Assembly (NCBI GenBank): GCA_963691875.1
Contig: OY829846.1
Span: 1,728,001-1,792,000 of the forward strand
Source of the DNA: Aureliella sp.
GTDB taxonomy: Bacteria > Planctomycetota > Planctomycetia > Pirellulales > Pirellulaceae
Reading direction: 5' to 3'
Length of the DNA stretch: 64,000 nt
Positions 28,491-36,949 of the stretch are shown here, in pieces (position 1 is the first letter of the stretch; each line of letters opens with the position of its first letter). Below the pieces are notes generated by a model that did no database searches, had not been told where the DNA came from, and worked only from the letters and a program-made list of their open reading frames with translations. Made by a program: the position numbers and the translations under genes.

Positions 28491-29882
28491 TCAGATTTCT
28501 CGATCGCAAACCAGGCAGCGAGTGCGTTGGCCGAGCTGTGTCACGATTAAAGTCAACTTTCGGGTGCCATTTCCGGAAAAACGTTTCTGATAGTGATTGG
28601 CGTCGAGCTTTACCAGCCGGTTTTTCACTTCGACGACTCCGGCTCCTAGCCCTCTCAGACATTTGCGCATTTTGCGGTCATCCCAGGCAACTACATCCAC
28701 GAGTCGAAATCGCTGTAGCCACGCCGATTCGATCGCTTCATCCTGCGTGAAGTAACCATTGGGAGAAGTGATGGCTGTCAGTTGATGAGCCTCAGCAAAG
28801 CTGGCCTGCAGCTGAGCTGCATGCACGGTGTTGTGGAGATCGTAGATGTATTGGCCCAACTTGGAATGCTCGCATGCAATCTCCTCAGGCTCAACTCCCA
28901 CTTCACACTCCTCCGCTGCAAATAGGTGCAATTCGGTTTTTTCTTTATCGTCCTGAGATGGATTCGCCAGAACGGCCCATCGCAAAAAATCCTTATCTTG
29001 CCACAAGTTCGGACCAAGGTATTCGATTGGACGCACTGCCGCGTCTTTGTCTGCGAGAGCTCTGCTGCTTTGCCTGGCGATCTCTTTGAGCCTGCCGGCC
29101 GCAGTTCCAACGCACAGCAATTGCTGTTTGCATTCTCCGTAGTTGCCAATCCAAAGTCGTGTTAACTCAGCAAGTGGCAATTCCTCGGGTTCGGCAAACT
29201 GAGTGGAAGGAGCAACTTTGATCAAGCTGCCAGTCGTTCTCTCTGCCAACGATAAAACGCTTTGGAGCGAAGGTGAAAACTTATCAGAGCGAGTCGTCTT
29301 CCCTTCAGGGCCACCGCGATCCGGATCCACGTGTAACCAGTCCTCTCGTTCAAGCCATGACTCGCAATCAAGAAGATCACTCTTTTGCACCTCAGCACTC
29401 ATTTGGTGAGCAGCTAGATTGTGACGTGCCAAGGCGACAAGTTCTGGATCGAGATCGATCCCAATCGCGGGTCCTCGTTGTGCCAGAGCCACGAGATCAC
29501 TTCCTGCCGCACAACAACCGTCTACCACTCTGCAGCCTTTCGGAACGATACTCGCTTTGAACTGGGCAGAATACCAATCGCTGGCTTGAGAAAAGCTTCG
29601 CGCTGTCCACAGCCATTTTTCGGGCCGGGGGAATCTTTTGCCAGCGCGTCTTCGCAGCTGCACCTGCAGTTGCAGCATGGAAATTTCGGAAGCGGCGAGT
29701 CGTTCTACGCCGAAGAGCGAATGCGTATTTCCCTCGTAAAGCAAAAATTTCTGGCTGTGGTCAATCAGCCATTCGTAGGGTTCGATCACAAGGTTTTTCG
29801 GATATGAGGATCGCAAAGCCACTGTCGTCTCACTGAGGAGCAGAGTAGGAGCTAGGCGGGAGAAGTGCTGTGAAACTATCAC
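28491..29882 (-). CDS. Class I SAM-dependent methyltransferase with C-terminal THUMP-like domain
   Basis: VVDGCCAAGSDL motif I, GIDLD, HVDPDR, IKVAP, GECKQ, VEVKNR; start uncertain. Confidence 0.75.
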   Translation of the reverse strand: MIVSQHFSRLAPTLLLSETTVALRSSYPKNLVIEPYEWLIDHSQKFLLYEGNTHSLFGVERLAASEISMLQLQVQLRRRAGKRFPRPEKWLWTARSFSQASDWYSAQFKASIVPKGCRVVDGCCAAGSDLVALAQRGPAIGIDLDPELVALARHNLAAHQMSAEVQKSDLLDCESWLEREDWLHVDPDRGGPEGKTTRSDKFSPSLQSVLSLAERTTGSLIKVAPSTQFAEPEELPLAELTRLWIGNYGECKQQLLCVGTAAGRLKEIARQSSRALADKDAAVRPIEYLGPNLWQDKDFLRWAVLANPSQDDKEKTELHLFAAEECEVGVEPEEIACEHSKLGQYIYDLHNTVHAAQLQASFAEAHQLTAITSPNGYFTQDEAIESAWLQRFRLVDVVAWDDRKMRKCLRGLGAGVVEVKNRLVKLDANHYQKRFSGNGTRKLTLIVTQLGQRTRCLVCDREI

Positions 29883-30041
29883 AATTTTACGGGTCGTCTA
29901 TTGCCAGCAAAAGCAGATGCATACCTTGAAGTTCCGGGTCGATAAGCCCTATGGACGCGGCTTTGCTCGAATCAACCTGGTTCAGTCTACGAAGCAACAA
30001 CTCGGGTTTCGATTGGAAATCTACTCGTTCTCCAATCTGCC

Positions 30042-30818
30042 GTGTCCTCACAATCTTTTCAGGACATTTCGCATCCACCAATCCGTGGAATGGCCATCCA
30101 AATGTCAGAGCAGGAGGGAACCATGCAACGACAACTAGCAGCAGCCGGCTTACTCGCCGCCGCCATCGGCGGTCCTTATGTAGCTTACGAGAATCTCGAC
30201 GTGGGCGGCCAGCCGGTCGAGCAAACTTCCGAGCAGGATGGTACGGCCGACAAGATTGCGTCGGGTTATTTGACTTCGGCACCTTCCGCTGGTTCAAGCT
30301 CTACCATTCCCCCTACGATACCTCAGTTCCGGCCGATCAGCGCACTCAGCGAAGTCGTGCGATTTGACGTTTCCCCCTCTTGGGTACCGCAACGCTTTCC
30401 ACGTGTCTCGATGGTCGCTGCCGATCCGCGACTTGACGTGATGCGGGTTCCCTTAGTGACCGGGACCAACCCCAACGATCTGGCGGGTACCTTAACCTAC
30501 TACTTTGACCGGTACAAACGGTTGCAGCGCGTAACCGTCCATGCTTTGTCTGGCGACCCGAGTCGTTTCGTCGCGGAGTTGCAACATACTTATCAGTTGC
30601 AGCAACAGCCTTCCTTAGGTGGCGGACTCTACATCAGAAAGTGGAACGGACTACCAACTAGTCTTTTGTATACGGCGCCGGCGCCTGTCATTTCCGCAGA
30701 TGAGCCTTACTCGAGATATCAGTTCTTTCTTGAGGTCAATCAGCCAGGCTTAGAGTACGGAATGACCTCAGAAGCTATGGAGCTACTCGCGAGCGGTCAA
30801 CAGACGCAGCGTTGGTAG
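30042..30818 (+). CDS. Planctomycete-specific protein (DUF6690-like)
   Basis: AAIGGPY; RFDVSPSWV..RFPRVS; RVPLVTGT...DLAGTLTYYFD; likely start near ATG 30123. Confidence 0.6.
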   Translation: MSSQSFQDISHPPIRGMAIQMSEQEGTMQRQLAAAGLLAAAIGGPYVAYENLDVGGQPVEQTSEQDGTADKIASGYLTSAPSAGSSSTIPPTIPQFRPISALSEVVRFDVSPSWVPQRFPRVSMVAADPRLDVMRVPLVTGTNPNDLAGTLTYYFDRYKRLQRVTVHALSGDPSRFVAELQHTYQLQQQPSLGGGLYIRKWNGLPTSLLYTAPAPVISADEPYSRYQFFLEVNQPGLEYGMTSEAMELLASGQQTQRW

Positions 30819-31091
30819 GCATCAACGGATGAGCTTCCGCTCATGCTGAACCACTTGCTCATAGGTATCGTTAGAATCGATCGGCAAGTCTGCTCTCTCC
30901 AGGTCTAACAATACCGAGTTAGCCTTGGGAATGCTCCCTAGTCAGGGGCTTGGGGAGGCATTTCTCACTATTGAAAAATCGCTACGACTGCCCCTTTCAC
31001 TACGATCAATTTTTTGAAAGCTGGCTCTCCACTTGCGTGGCTGAATCGCGCAAAAGACTGGCTTGGACTGTTGTGAAGGTTCGAAAAATCA

Positions 31092-31796
31092 TTGGCGACC
31101 CGTAGCCCGAACGGATCAGCCTGTTCCGCTCCAATTCGTTTTCTGCACCAAACCGATATGAATGCCCGCGAATATTCCCTGCCCCGACAACGGCTGTATG
31201 TAGTAGGATGCACTGAGCTATTGCCCTCAAACATCGCTTACAGTCTTGGTCTTGAGACTTCCGCTTTTATCACTGCAAGCGAGTTCTTGCGTACAGTGCC
31301 TGAACTGGCAACGGGCTGCTTGCTAGTTGCCGGAGAACTACCCGATGGAACCGGCCTTGGCTTACATCGAGAAGTTGCATCGCGAGCCCTTGATCTGACA
31401 ACGGTCATGCTTCTGGACATTGAGAATGTCCAGATGTGCCGCGAAGCTTTCCACAGCGGCGTCTATGACTGCGTCTCGAGAAACTCAGCAGCCGACGAAT
31501 GGCTGGCGATTCTACGGGCAGCATTGCAACAGAATTTGAATGTTATTCCCAACCGTAGGAAACGCCGCAACCGCAGAACGCGGATAGACAACCTCACATC
31601 GCGTGAACTGGATGTTGCAAGACTTTTATCACACGGCCATGCACTAAAAGAAGTGGGTGCGACGCTGCAAATCTCTGTGCAAACGGCTTCGAAACATCGT
31701 TCAAGCATCTTCACCAAAATGGATGTTGCGAACCAAGTGGAGTTGCATCAAGCGTTTGAGGACTGCATCGACTTGATCGAGCAAGCCAAGAGCTAG
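31092..31796 (+). CDS. FixJ/LuxR-type regulator with degenerate receiver domain
   Basis: LuxR HTH LTSRELDVARLLSHG..LKEVGATLQISVQTASKHRSSIFTKM; receiver-like GCLLVAGELPDGTGL; start uncertain. Confidence 0.8.
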   Translation: MATRSPNGSACSAPIRFLHQTDMNAREYSLPRQRLYVVGCTELLPSNIAYSLGLETSAFITASEFLRTVPELATGCLLVAGELPDGTGLGLHREVASRALDLTTVMLLDIENVQMCREAFHSGVYDCVSRNSAADEWLAILRAALQQNLNVIPNRRKRRNRRTRIDNLTSRELDVARLLSHGHALKEVGATLQISVQTASKHRSSIFTKMDVANQVELHQAFEDCIDLIEQAKS

Positions 31797-31841
31797 TTCG
31801 CGAGCGTGCCCATCCCAAATTCATCATTGCCCAAAAACATT

Positions 31842-31869
31842 AAGGCGAAGTGCGTTTGCACTTCGCCTT
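31842..31869. terminator. Bidirectional intrinsic terminator
   Basis: Perfect 12-bp stem aaggcgaagtgc / gcacttcgcctt with gttt loop; T-rich flanks on both strands. Confidence 0.75.
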
Positions 31870-31953
31870 CTGTTGTTTCCAACTATTGGATTTTGCCCAA
31901 AGCTTCCACCGTGAGTTATTTGGACTCGAATTTAAGCTGTGTCTTTCGTCTTT

Positions 31954-32339
31954 TCAGCTTCTTTTGCTTTCGCCTCGTCTCGAGCTTCTATCCGCCAGAT
32001 TTGACGAAGCATCGGCATCGGTTGCGTTGAAGCCAAGCGACCACAAGTACGCTTGGGCCCTACGCGACAACTTCTTTTGTCGGATAACCTTGCGGCATTA
32101 GCGAATCGTAATGGCAGCCAGGTTGAGACTAAGCTGTCACCTCGGTGAGACTCTATTTTGGCCCAAGCGGCAAGCAAAACTTCTTGCACCACATCGTCAA
32201 CATCCGTTTCCCATCCCAGCAGCGGGTACACGAGTCTTCATAGTGCAGGTGTCTTTCTTTTGACCAATCTATCGAACTAGGCAGCATCTGGATTACGCAG
32301 CTTCTCCAACGCGTCAGGAGGCGCGGCTTCTGACGCCAA
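31954..32339 (-). pseudogene. ECF sigma-70 factor pseudogene (region 2 only)
   Basis: DAA*FDRLVKRKTPAL*RLVYPLLGWETDVDDVVQEVLLAAWAKIESHRGDSLVSTWL / frameshift / AITIR*CRKVIR; stops at 32279-77, 32240-38 and 32100-098; no region 4. Confidence 0.8.
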
Positions 32340-32413
32340 ATTAATATTCAAGAAAAATCCATACTAGCAATTGTGCTCTCACGTCGCCTCCTTCCCAAGC
32401 TGCACTAGAAACG

Positions 32414-32440
32414 AAAAAGCCTGGCATATCAATGCCAAGC
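32414..32440 (-). terminator. Rho-independent terminator of the Pro-rich repeat gene
   Basis: Minus strand gcttggcat-tgat-atgccaggc-ttttt. Confidence 0.7.
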
Positions 32441-32472
32441 TCTTGCAGAAGTGGTTTGCTTTGAAGCGTTAA

Positions 32473-33978
32473 CTAGTGGTCTTTGCGAAAGAACTTCTTG
32501 AAGAATCCACCTAAGAAGCGTCCTTGATGACCCTTCTTCGAGTGACGAACGTCGTCGTAGTCATCATCATCGTCGCCTTCTTCCTTCCAGCCACGTCGCT
32601 TCTTACCGCGAGCGTCGCCATCGTCATCATGGACGTCTTCGTCGCCACCCTTCAGGCGGCGTTTCTTTTTCCCGCGGTCATCATCATCGTCATCATCATC
32701 GTCGTACTCTGACTCCGGTGCCTCGTACTTAGGCTCCGGTGGATGCTCCACCGGAGGCTCTTCATACCCAGGCTCGTGATTCGGAGGCTCAGGAGCTTTG
32801 TACTCCGGTTCCGGCGTCTCATACTCTGGCTCTGGTGGATGCTCCAACGGAGGCTCTTCGTACCCAGGCTCGTGATTCGGAGGCTCAGGAGCTTTGTACT
32901 CGGGCTCCGGCGCCTCATACTCTGGCTCTGGTGGATGCTCCAACGGAGGCTCTTCGTACCCAGGCTCGTGATTCGGAGGCTCAGGAGCTTTGTACTCGGG
33001 CTCCGGCGCCTCATACTCTGGCTCTGGTGGATGCTCCACCGGAGGCTCTTCATACTCAGGCTCGTGATTCGGGGGCTCAGGAGCTTTGTACTCGGGCTCG
33101 GGCGCCTCATACTCTGGCTCTGGTGGATGCTCTACCGGAGGCTCTTCATACTCAGCCTCGTGATCCGGAGGCTCGGGAGCTTTGTACTCGGGCTCCGGCG
33201 CCTCATACTCTGGCTCTGGTGGATGCTCTACCGGAGGCTCTTCATACTCAGCCTCGTGATCCGGAGGCTCGGGAGCTTTGTACTCGGGCTCCGGCGCCTC
33301 ATACTCTGGCTCTGGTGGATGCTCTACCGGAGGCTCTTCATACTCAGCCTCGTGATCCGGAGGCTCGGGAGCTTTGTACTCGGGCTCCGGCGCCTCATAC
33401 TCTGGCTCTGGTGGATGCTCTACCGGAGGCTCTTCATACTTAGCCTCGTGATCCGGAGGCTCAGGAGCTTTGTACTCGGGCTCCGGTGCCTTGTACTCTG
33501 GCTCTGGCTTATGGTCCTTCTTCGAAACAAAGGTCTTCGCGTCATGCTCCTTGTAGGATTCTTCCACGCCATAGTCTTCCTTCACAGGTGACTTGACATG
33601 ATCCTTTGCGATGGGCTCATAGATGCCGGACTGGTATTCAGGCTTTTTGTCCAACTTTTTGCCTTTGTGGGAATCGCAACCGTCATCTGCATCTTCTTTC
33701 TTGGAATGCTTCTCCCCAAGCAAGTCACAATCCTTTTCGCCAAGCGTGCCACCAAATTTTCCGCCGTCGTACCAGTCGAAATTGCAGCCAGGTTGATGGT
33801 CCTCGACAGCATCATCACATCCAAAAGTTGAGGCTGACATGAGCATCATCTGCTCTGCGGTTTCCAGTCCTCCTCCAATCGCTGGATCTTGTGATTTTTG
33901 TTCTCCCAAGTCCTGCGCTTCGTTCTTCTGGCCGGGAGTTCCAAACTTCTCGCCAAGTTTGCGGACGAACTTATTCAT
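32473..33978 (-). CDS. Pro/Glu/Tyr/His-rich tandem repeat protein with acidic/basic C-terminus
   Basis: 501-aa ORF open through non-repetitive flanks; RBS-like gcaggtg upstream; own terminator. Confidence 0.8.
   Translation of the reverse strand: MNKFVRKLGEKFGTPGQKNEAQDLGEQKSQDPAIGGGLETAEQMMLMSASTFGCDDAVEDHQPGCNFDWYDGGKFGGTLGEKDCDLLGEKHSKKEDADDGCDSHKGKKLDKKPEYQSGIYEPIAKDHVKSPVKEDYGVEESYKEHDAKTFVSKKDHKPEPEYKAPEPEYKAPEPPDHEAKYEEPPVEHPPEPEYEAPEPEYKAPEPPDHEAEYEEPPVEHPPEPEYEAPEPEYKAPEPPDHEAEYEEPPVEHPPEPEYEAPEPEYKAPEPPDHEAEYEEPPVEHPPEPEYEAPEPEYKAPEPPNHEPEYEEPPVEHPPEPEYEAPEPEYKAPEPPNHEPGYEEPPLEHPPEPEYEAPEPEYKAPEPPNHEPGYEEPPLEHPPEPEYETPEPEYKAPEPPNHEPGYEEPPVEHPPEPKYEAPESEYDDDDDDDDDRGKKKRRLKGGDEDVHDDDGDARGKKRRGWKEEGDDDDDYDDVRHSKKGHQGRFLGGFFKKFFRKDH
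32704..33507 (-). repeat. 96-bp tandem repeat, 8 full copies + 36 bp (PEPEYEAPEPEYKAPEPP[DN]HE[AP][EG]YEEPP[VL]EHP)
   Basis: tggtggatgctc recurs at 96-bp spacing (e.g. 33121, 33217); internal 21-bp sub-repeat. Confidence 0.95.
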
Positions 33979-34289
33979 GATGCACCTGCCTGCATGGGTG
34001 GTGTAAGGGGGCTGGAGTTCGCAAGTGGAAGGAGCCCGCGGGTTTCTAGGGGAAAGGTAGGTTAAAACTCAGGCGTGTTTTGTTGCATTTCCATTTTTTT
34101 CACGCACGGGCACTTGGAATCCAGCCAGCCCGCTATCGAAAGTGGCGAATCCCAGTCGCGTCTGCTCAAGATTCAACGTCAGGCAGTAAGAAGTTCGCTG
34201 TCGCATCCAATCGCGAGTAAAAAGGATACTCGCTGACAACACAGCTTCGCGAGCATCTCGGAGTTCGGTTTAAAGAAGTAACAGTGCTA

Positions 34290-34662
34290 TTACTGGCCGA
34301 CTCCGGTCACCGTGCCCGAGCCGATCGTTTTACCACCTTCTCGGATGGCGAATCGATCTCCTTCACCAACCGCTATTGGTTGCTAACAGCTGTACTGACA
34401 GACCAACACCTTGGCCTGGAAGAGCCATTTCGGTGCCAGCTCCCAACCGAGTCTGAACAGTTACATTTGCGGTTCAAAAATAGACCTCGGGCGTGTAGCC
34501 GTTGAAGAACGGAGTGTGTCGTCCGCCCCTCTCCGCTTTCAACAAGTGAACTTTCGCTTCGAAGTTGCACATTGGAGCAAGCGAGTTGGTGGCCACGAGG
34601 AATTGGCCCCAATGCGCTTGGTCTTTGGTGGTTCTACACACAATCTCCAGCCCGTCCCGCAA
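34290..34662 (-). pseudogene. tuf: Elongation factor Tu relic (end of domain 2 + domain 3)
   Basis: KDQAHWGQFLV...FEAKVHLLKAERGGRHTPFFNGYTPEVYF*TANVT...EMALPGQGV / frameshift / [29 protein letters not shown] at 34476-74, frameshift near 34380. Confidence 0.88.
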
Positions 34663-34946
34663 GGGAAGTATCCGTCGTTGTCGTCTCGGTAGTAGATGTC
34701 TTGGTCAGGATGGATTCAGTCGTTTTTCATGATGTCCGAACAGTTGTTTAATAGTGCCTTCGCATCACGAATCCTGTTTGCCATCGCAGCCAAGACACAC
34801 GCCGCGAATTCAAGTTCGCGATTCCAACGACATTGCGTGACAGCGTCGGTTGAACGGTAGATCAAGCATAGTTGCTTGTCTTCGAGGGCAGTCCCCCTGG
34901 CAAAAGTCATTACAAATGGGAATTCTGGCGAATCCAAATATGGCCA

Positions 34947-34964
34947 GGAATTCTCGAGAATTCC
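34947..34964. other. Perfect 18-bp palindrome GGAATTCTCGAGAATTCC
   Basis: Self-complementary; lies just past the stop of the PQQ-propeller gene. Confidence 0.7.
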
Positions 34965-34977
34965 GATAGAGGAATGA

Positions 34978-36270
34978 CTATGGCTTTCCGATGCACATCA
35001 GGCGAGAATTGGTCCGCACGAGCAGATAACTTTCGCCTACAACAGGCGTGGCTCGCGTCAGATCTTGCAAGTCGACCGAGCCAAGCTTCTCGTACTCGCT
35101 GCCTGCGGCAATCACCACTAGCGAACCGGACTCTGAGATGCCGAGCAGCTTGTCGCCTGCAATGACAGGCGAGGAAGATACCGGTCCATCGCTCGCACGT
35201 TCACTCCAAAGCAATTTGCCTGATGGAAGTTCGACGCAGCTGGCGACTCCGTTGTCATCCCACAGAAAGAGCAGATTACCTTTGACGACTGGCGTCGGAA
35301 CATACGGAGCATTCCGAGTGATACGGAACTTGACGTCATGGTCGCCTTCCAAGTCGACAGCAAACAGGCGGTTGCCACCGCCCCCAGAGCCTTCTGTGCC
35401 AATTGCAAGTCCGGCTACGACTTGTGGCGAGGAAACACAACGCTTCTCAAATACTTGTTTGCTCCACAGAGAATCACCTGATGCGAGATCCAAGGCAAAG
35501 AGCCCATCACCAGTATTGGCGAATAGGAGCGCAGGCTTTCCCTCCGCCGTTTCGTAAAGTGTTGGAACGCCATAGCAAACGCGACGCGTCGTTAAATCAG
35601 TTTGCCATATGGTTTTGCCGGAGGAGGCATTCAACGCAATGACACTGCTCTTTCCCGGGCGCTGCCCACCGCGGAGCTGTTCACCCTGTTGGCTGTTGAA
35701 AAGGACCAGGATATCGCCAAACAGAGCTGGCGAGGCACCATAACCGTGCTGAGACTGAAATCTTCCGAGGTCACGTGTCCAGTTTTCTGTCTTGCCGTCG
35801 AGCGAATAAGAGGCGACAGTGATCTTGTCAGGTTGCCCCCAGACGACGTAAACGGCATTGCCTCCGACACATGGCGTTGGCGATGCAAAGCTACTGCGTC
35901 GGTGTACGCGGTGTGGTTGTCCTCGAGAGTCGCGTTTCCATAGCAAGTCGCCACTCGCCAGATCCAAGCACATCACCGAACGCGCGGCGGTTTTAGGGTC
36001 TGCGCTTTGCACGAACACTTGATTGCCTCGAACCACCGGAGAGCCATTTCCCCCTCCCGGCAAACCAATGGACCAAGCAACATCGCTGCTGGACCAAGGA
36101 ATCGGGACGCTGCACGTCTCCGCAATACCCGCTCCGTTCTTTCCGCGAAAACGCGACCAGCTTTCGTTCGGGTCTGCAGCTTGGCTTGGAGCTGCAGCAA
36201 ACCCAACGATCGCACAAACTAGGAGTTGGTGAGTGAAAGGGCGGAAGGAGCGTGATCTTTTCAATCGCAT
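34978..36270 (-). CDS. PQQ-like/BamB-type beta-propeller exported protein
   Basis: Signal peptide, WSRFRG, SPVV, repeated LD..SG..LW docking motifs, PYVPTPV; likely start ATG 36270 (ORF extends to 36321). Confidence 0.88.
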   Translation of the reverse strand: MRLKRSRSFRPFTHQLLVCAIVGFAAAPSQAADPNESWSRFRGKNGAGIAETCSVPIPWSSSDVAWSIGLPGGGNGSPVVRGNQVFVQSADPKTAARSVMCLDLASGDLLWKRDSRGQPHRVHRRSSFASPTPCVGGNAVYVVWGQPDKITVASYSLDGKTENWTRDLGRFQSQHGYGASPALFGDILVLFNSQQGEQLRGGQRPGKSSVIALNASSGKTIWQTDLTTRRVCYGVPTLYETAEGKPALLFANTGDGLFALDLASGDSLWSKQVFEKRCVSSPQVVAGLAIGTEGSGGGGNRLFAVDLEGDHDVKFRITRNAPYVPTPVVKGNLLFLWDDNGVASCVELPSGKLLWSERASDGPVSSSPVIAGDKLLGISESGSLVVIAAGSEYEKLGSVDLQDLTRATPVVGESYLLVRTNSRLMCIGKP

Positions 36271-36323
36271 GGAAATACTCTTGGCGTCCAGAGTGACGGA
36301 GGCGGGAAGGTGAGAGCTCAATT

Positions 36324-36845
36324 ATGGACCAAAGTCGTGCAAGTTTTCTACCCGGTGATTCACTTTTGTGGTCGTGCCCTGCGAAAGCAGTCAAATCCGG
36401 ACGCAGACTAGAGCTAGGCGAAGAACCTCCGTCTGAACGATGCATCCCGGATCTTTTCCGACTGGTGGAATCCCGACTGTGTCTTGGCGACGGAAGCTTT
36501 TCAGAAGCAGCCATCATTGCTCATGCAGGCGAGCTTCATGTACTGCAGAACTCCCTGCGCCTACACGGCAAGCAGTACACCAGCAGAGCTCTAGCAGCCA
36601 TAGAAAGCTCAGCAAAGCTTGATACTTTGGATATGAGTCATTCCGGCGTGAATACGGAAACACGTCGAGTCATCGAAAGTTTGTACACGGAGATCTTAGA
36701 TCTGTCACATACGCAAATTGACGATGGCGCGATACCAAAGCTCTCGCAAGTGAAGGTCTCTACACTCAATCTCAGTGACACAGCTATGACAGCGGAAGGA
36801 ATCTCCCGGGACGATTGGTCACTTGAGGGCCGACTACTAGTCTAG
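36324..36845 (+). pseudogene. Leucine-rich-repeat protein fragment
   Basis: Three LRR-like units (LDTLDMSHSGV, EILDLSHTQIDD, STLNLSDTAMTAEG); N-terminal part looks non-coding; no room for a full gene. Confidence 0.5.
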
Positions 36846-36949
36846 TGGCACCTAGTTAGTTTACCGCCACAGAGATCGAGCAGATTCGGCAAGTGGTCGA
36901 AATCGACAGTTCAAACCATTGATCCTATGACGACTAAGCTCCCATCGCC

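Noticed and set aside
32704..33507. Possible CRISPR array
   Set aside because: Whole units repeat with no unique spacers, the period is a multiple of 3 inside a CDS, and there are no cas genes
32739..33591. Long plus-strand ORFs (234 and 282 aa) with Leu/Arg/Trp repeats
   Set aside because: Antisense shadows of the 96-bp repeat; the minus-strand ORF extends through unique flanks and has its own terminator
34474..34476. TGA as selenocysteine or recoding in the tuf relic (and the stops in the ECF relic)
   Set aside because: Accompanied by frameshifts and truncation, at a conserved Arg position, and TGA is a normal stop elsewhere in the window
34716..34937. 73-aa ORF as the upstream part of EF-Tu
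   Set aside because: No EF-Tu domain 1 or 2 motifs in the frames I read; left unassigned
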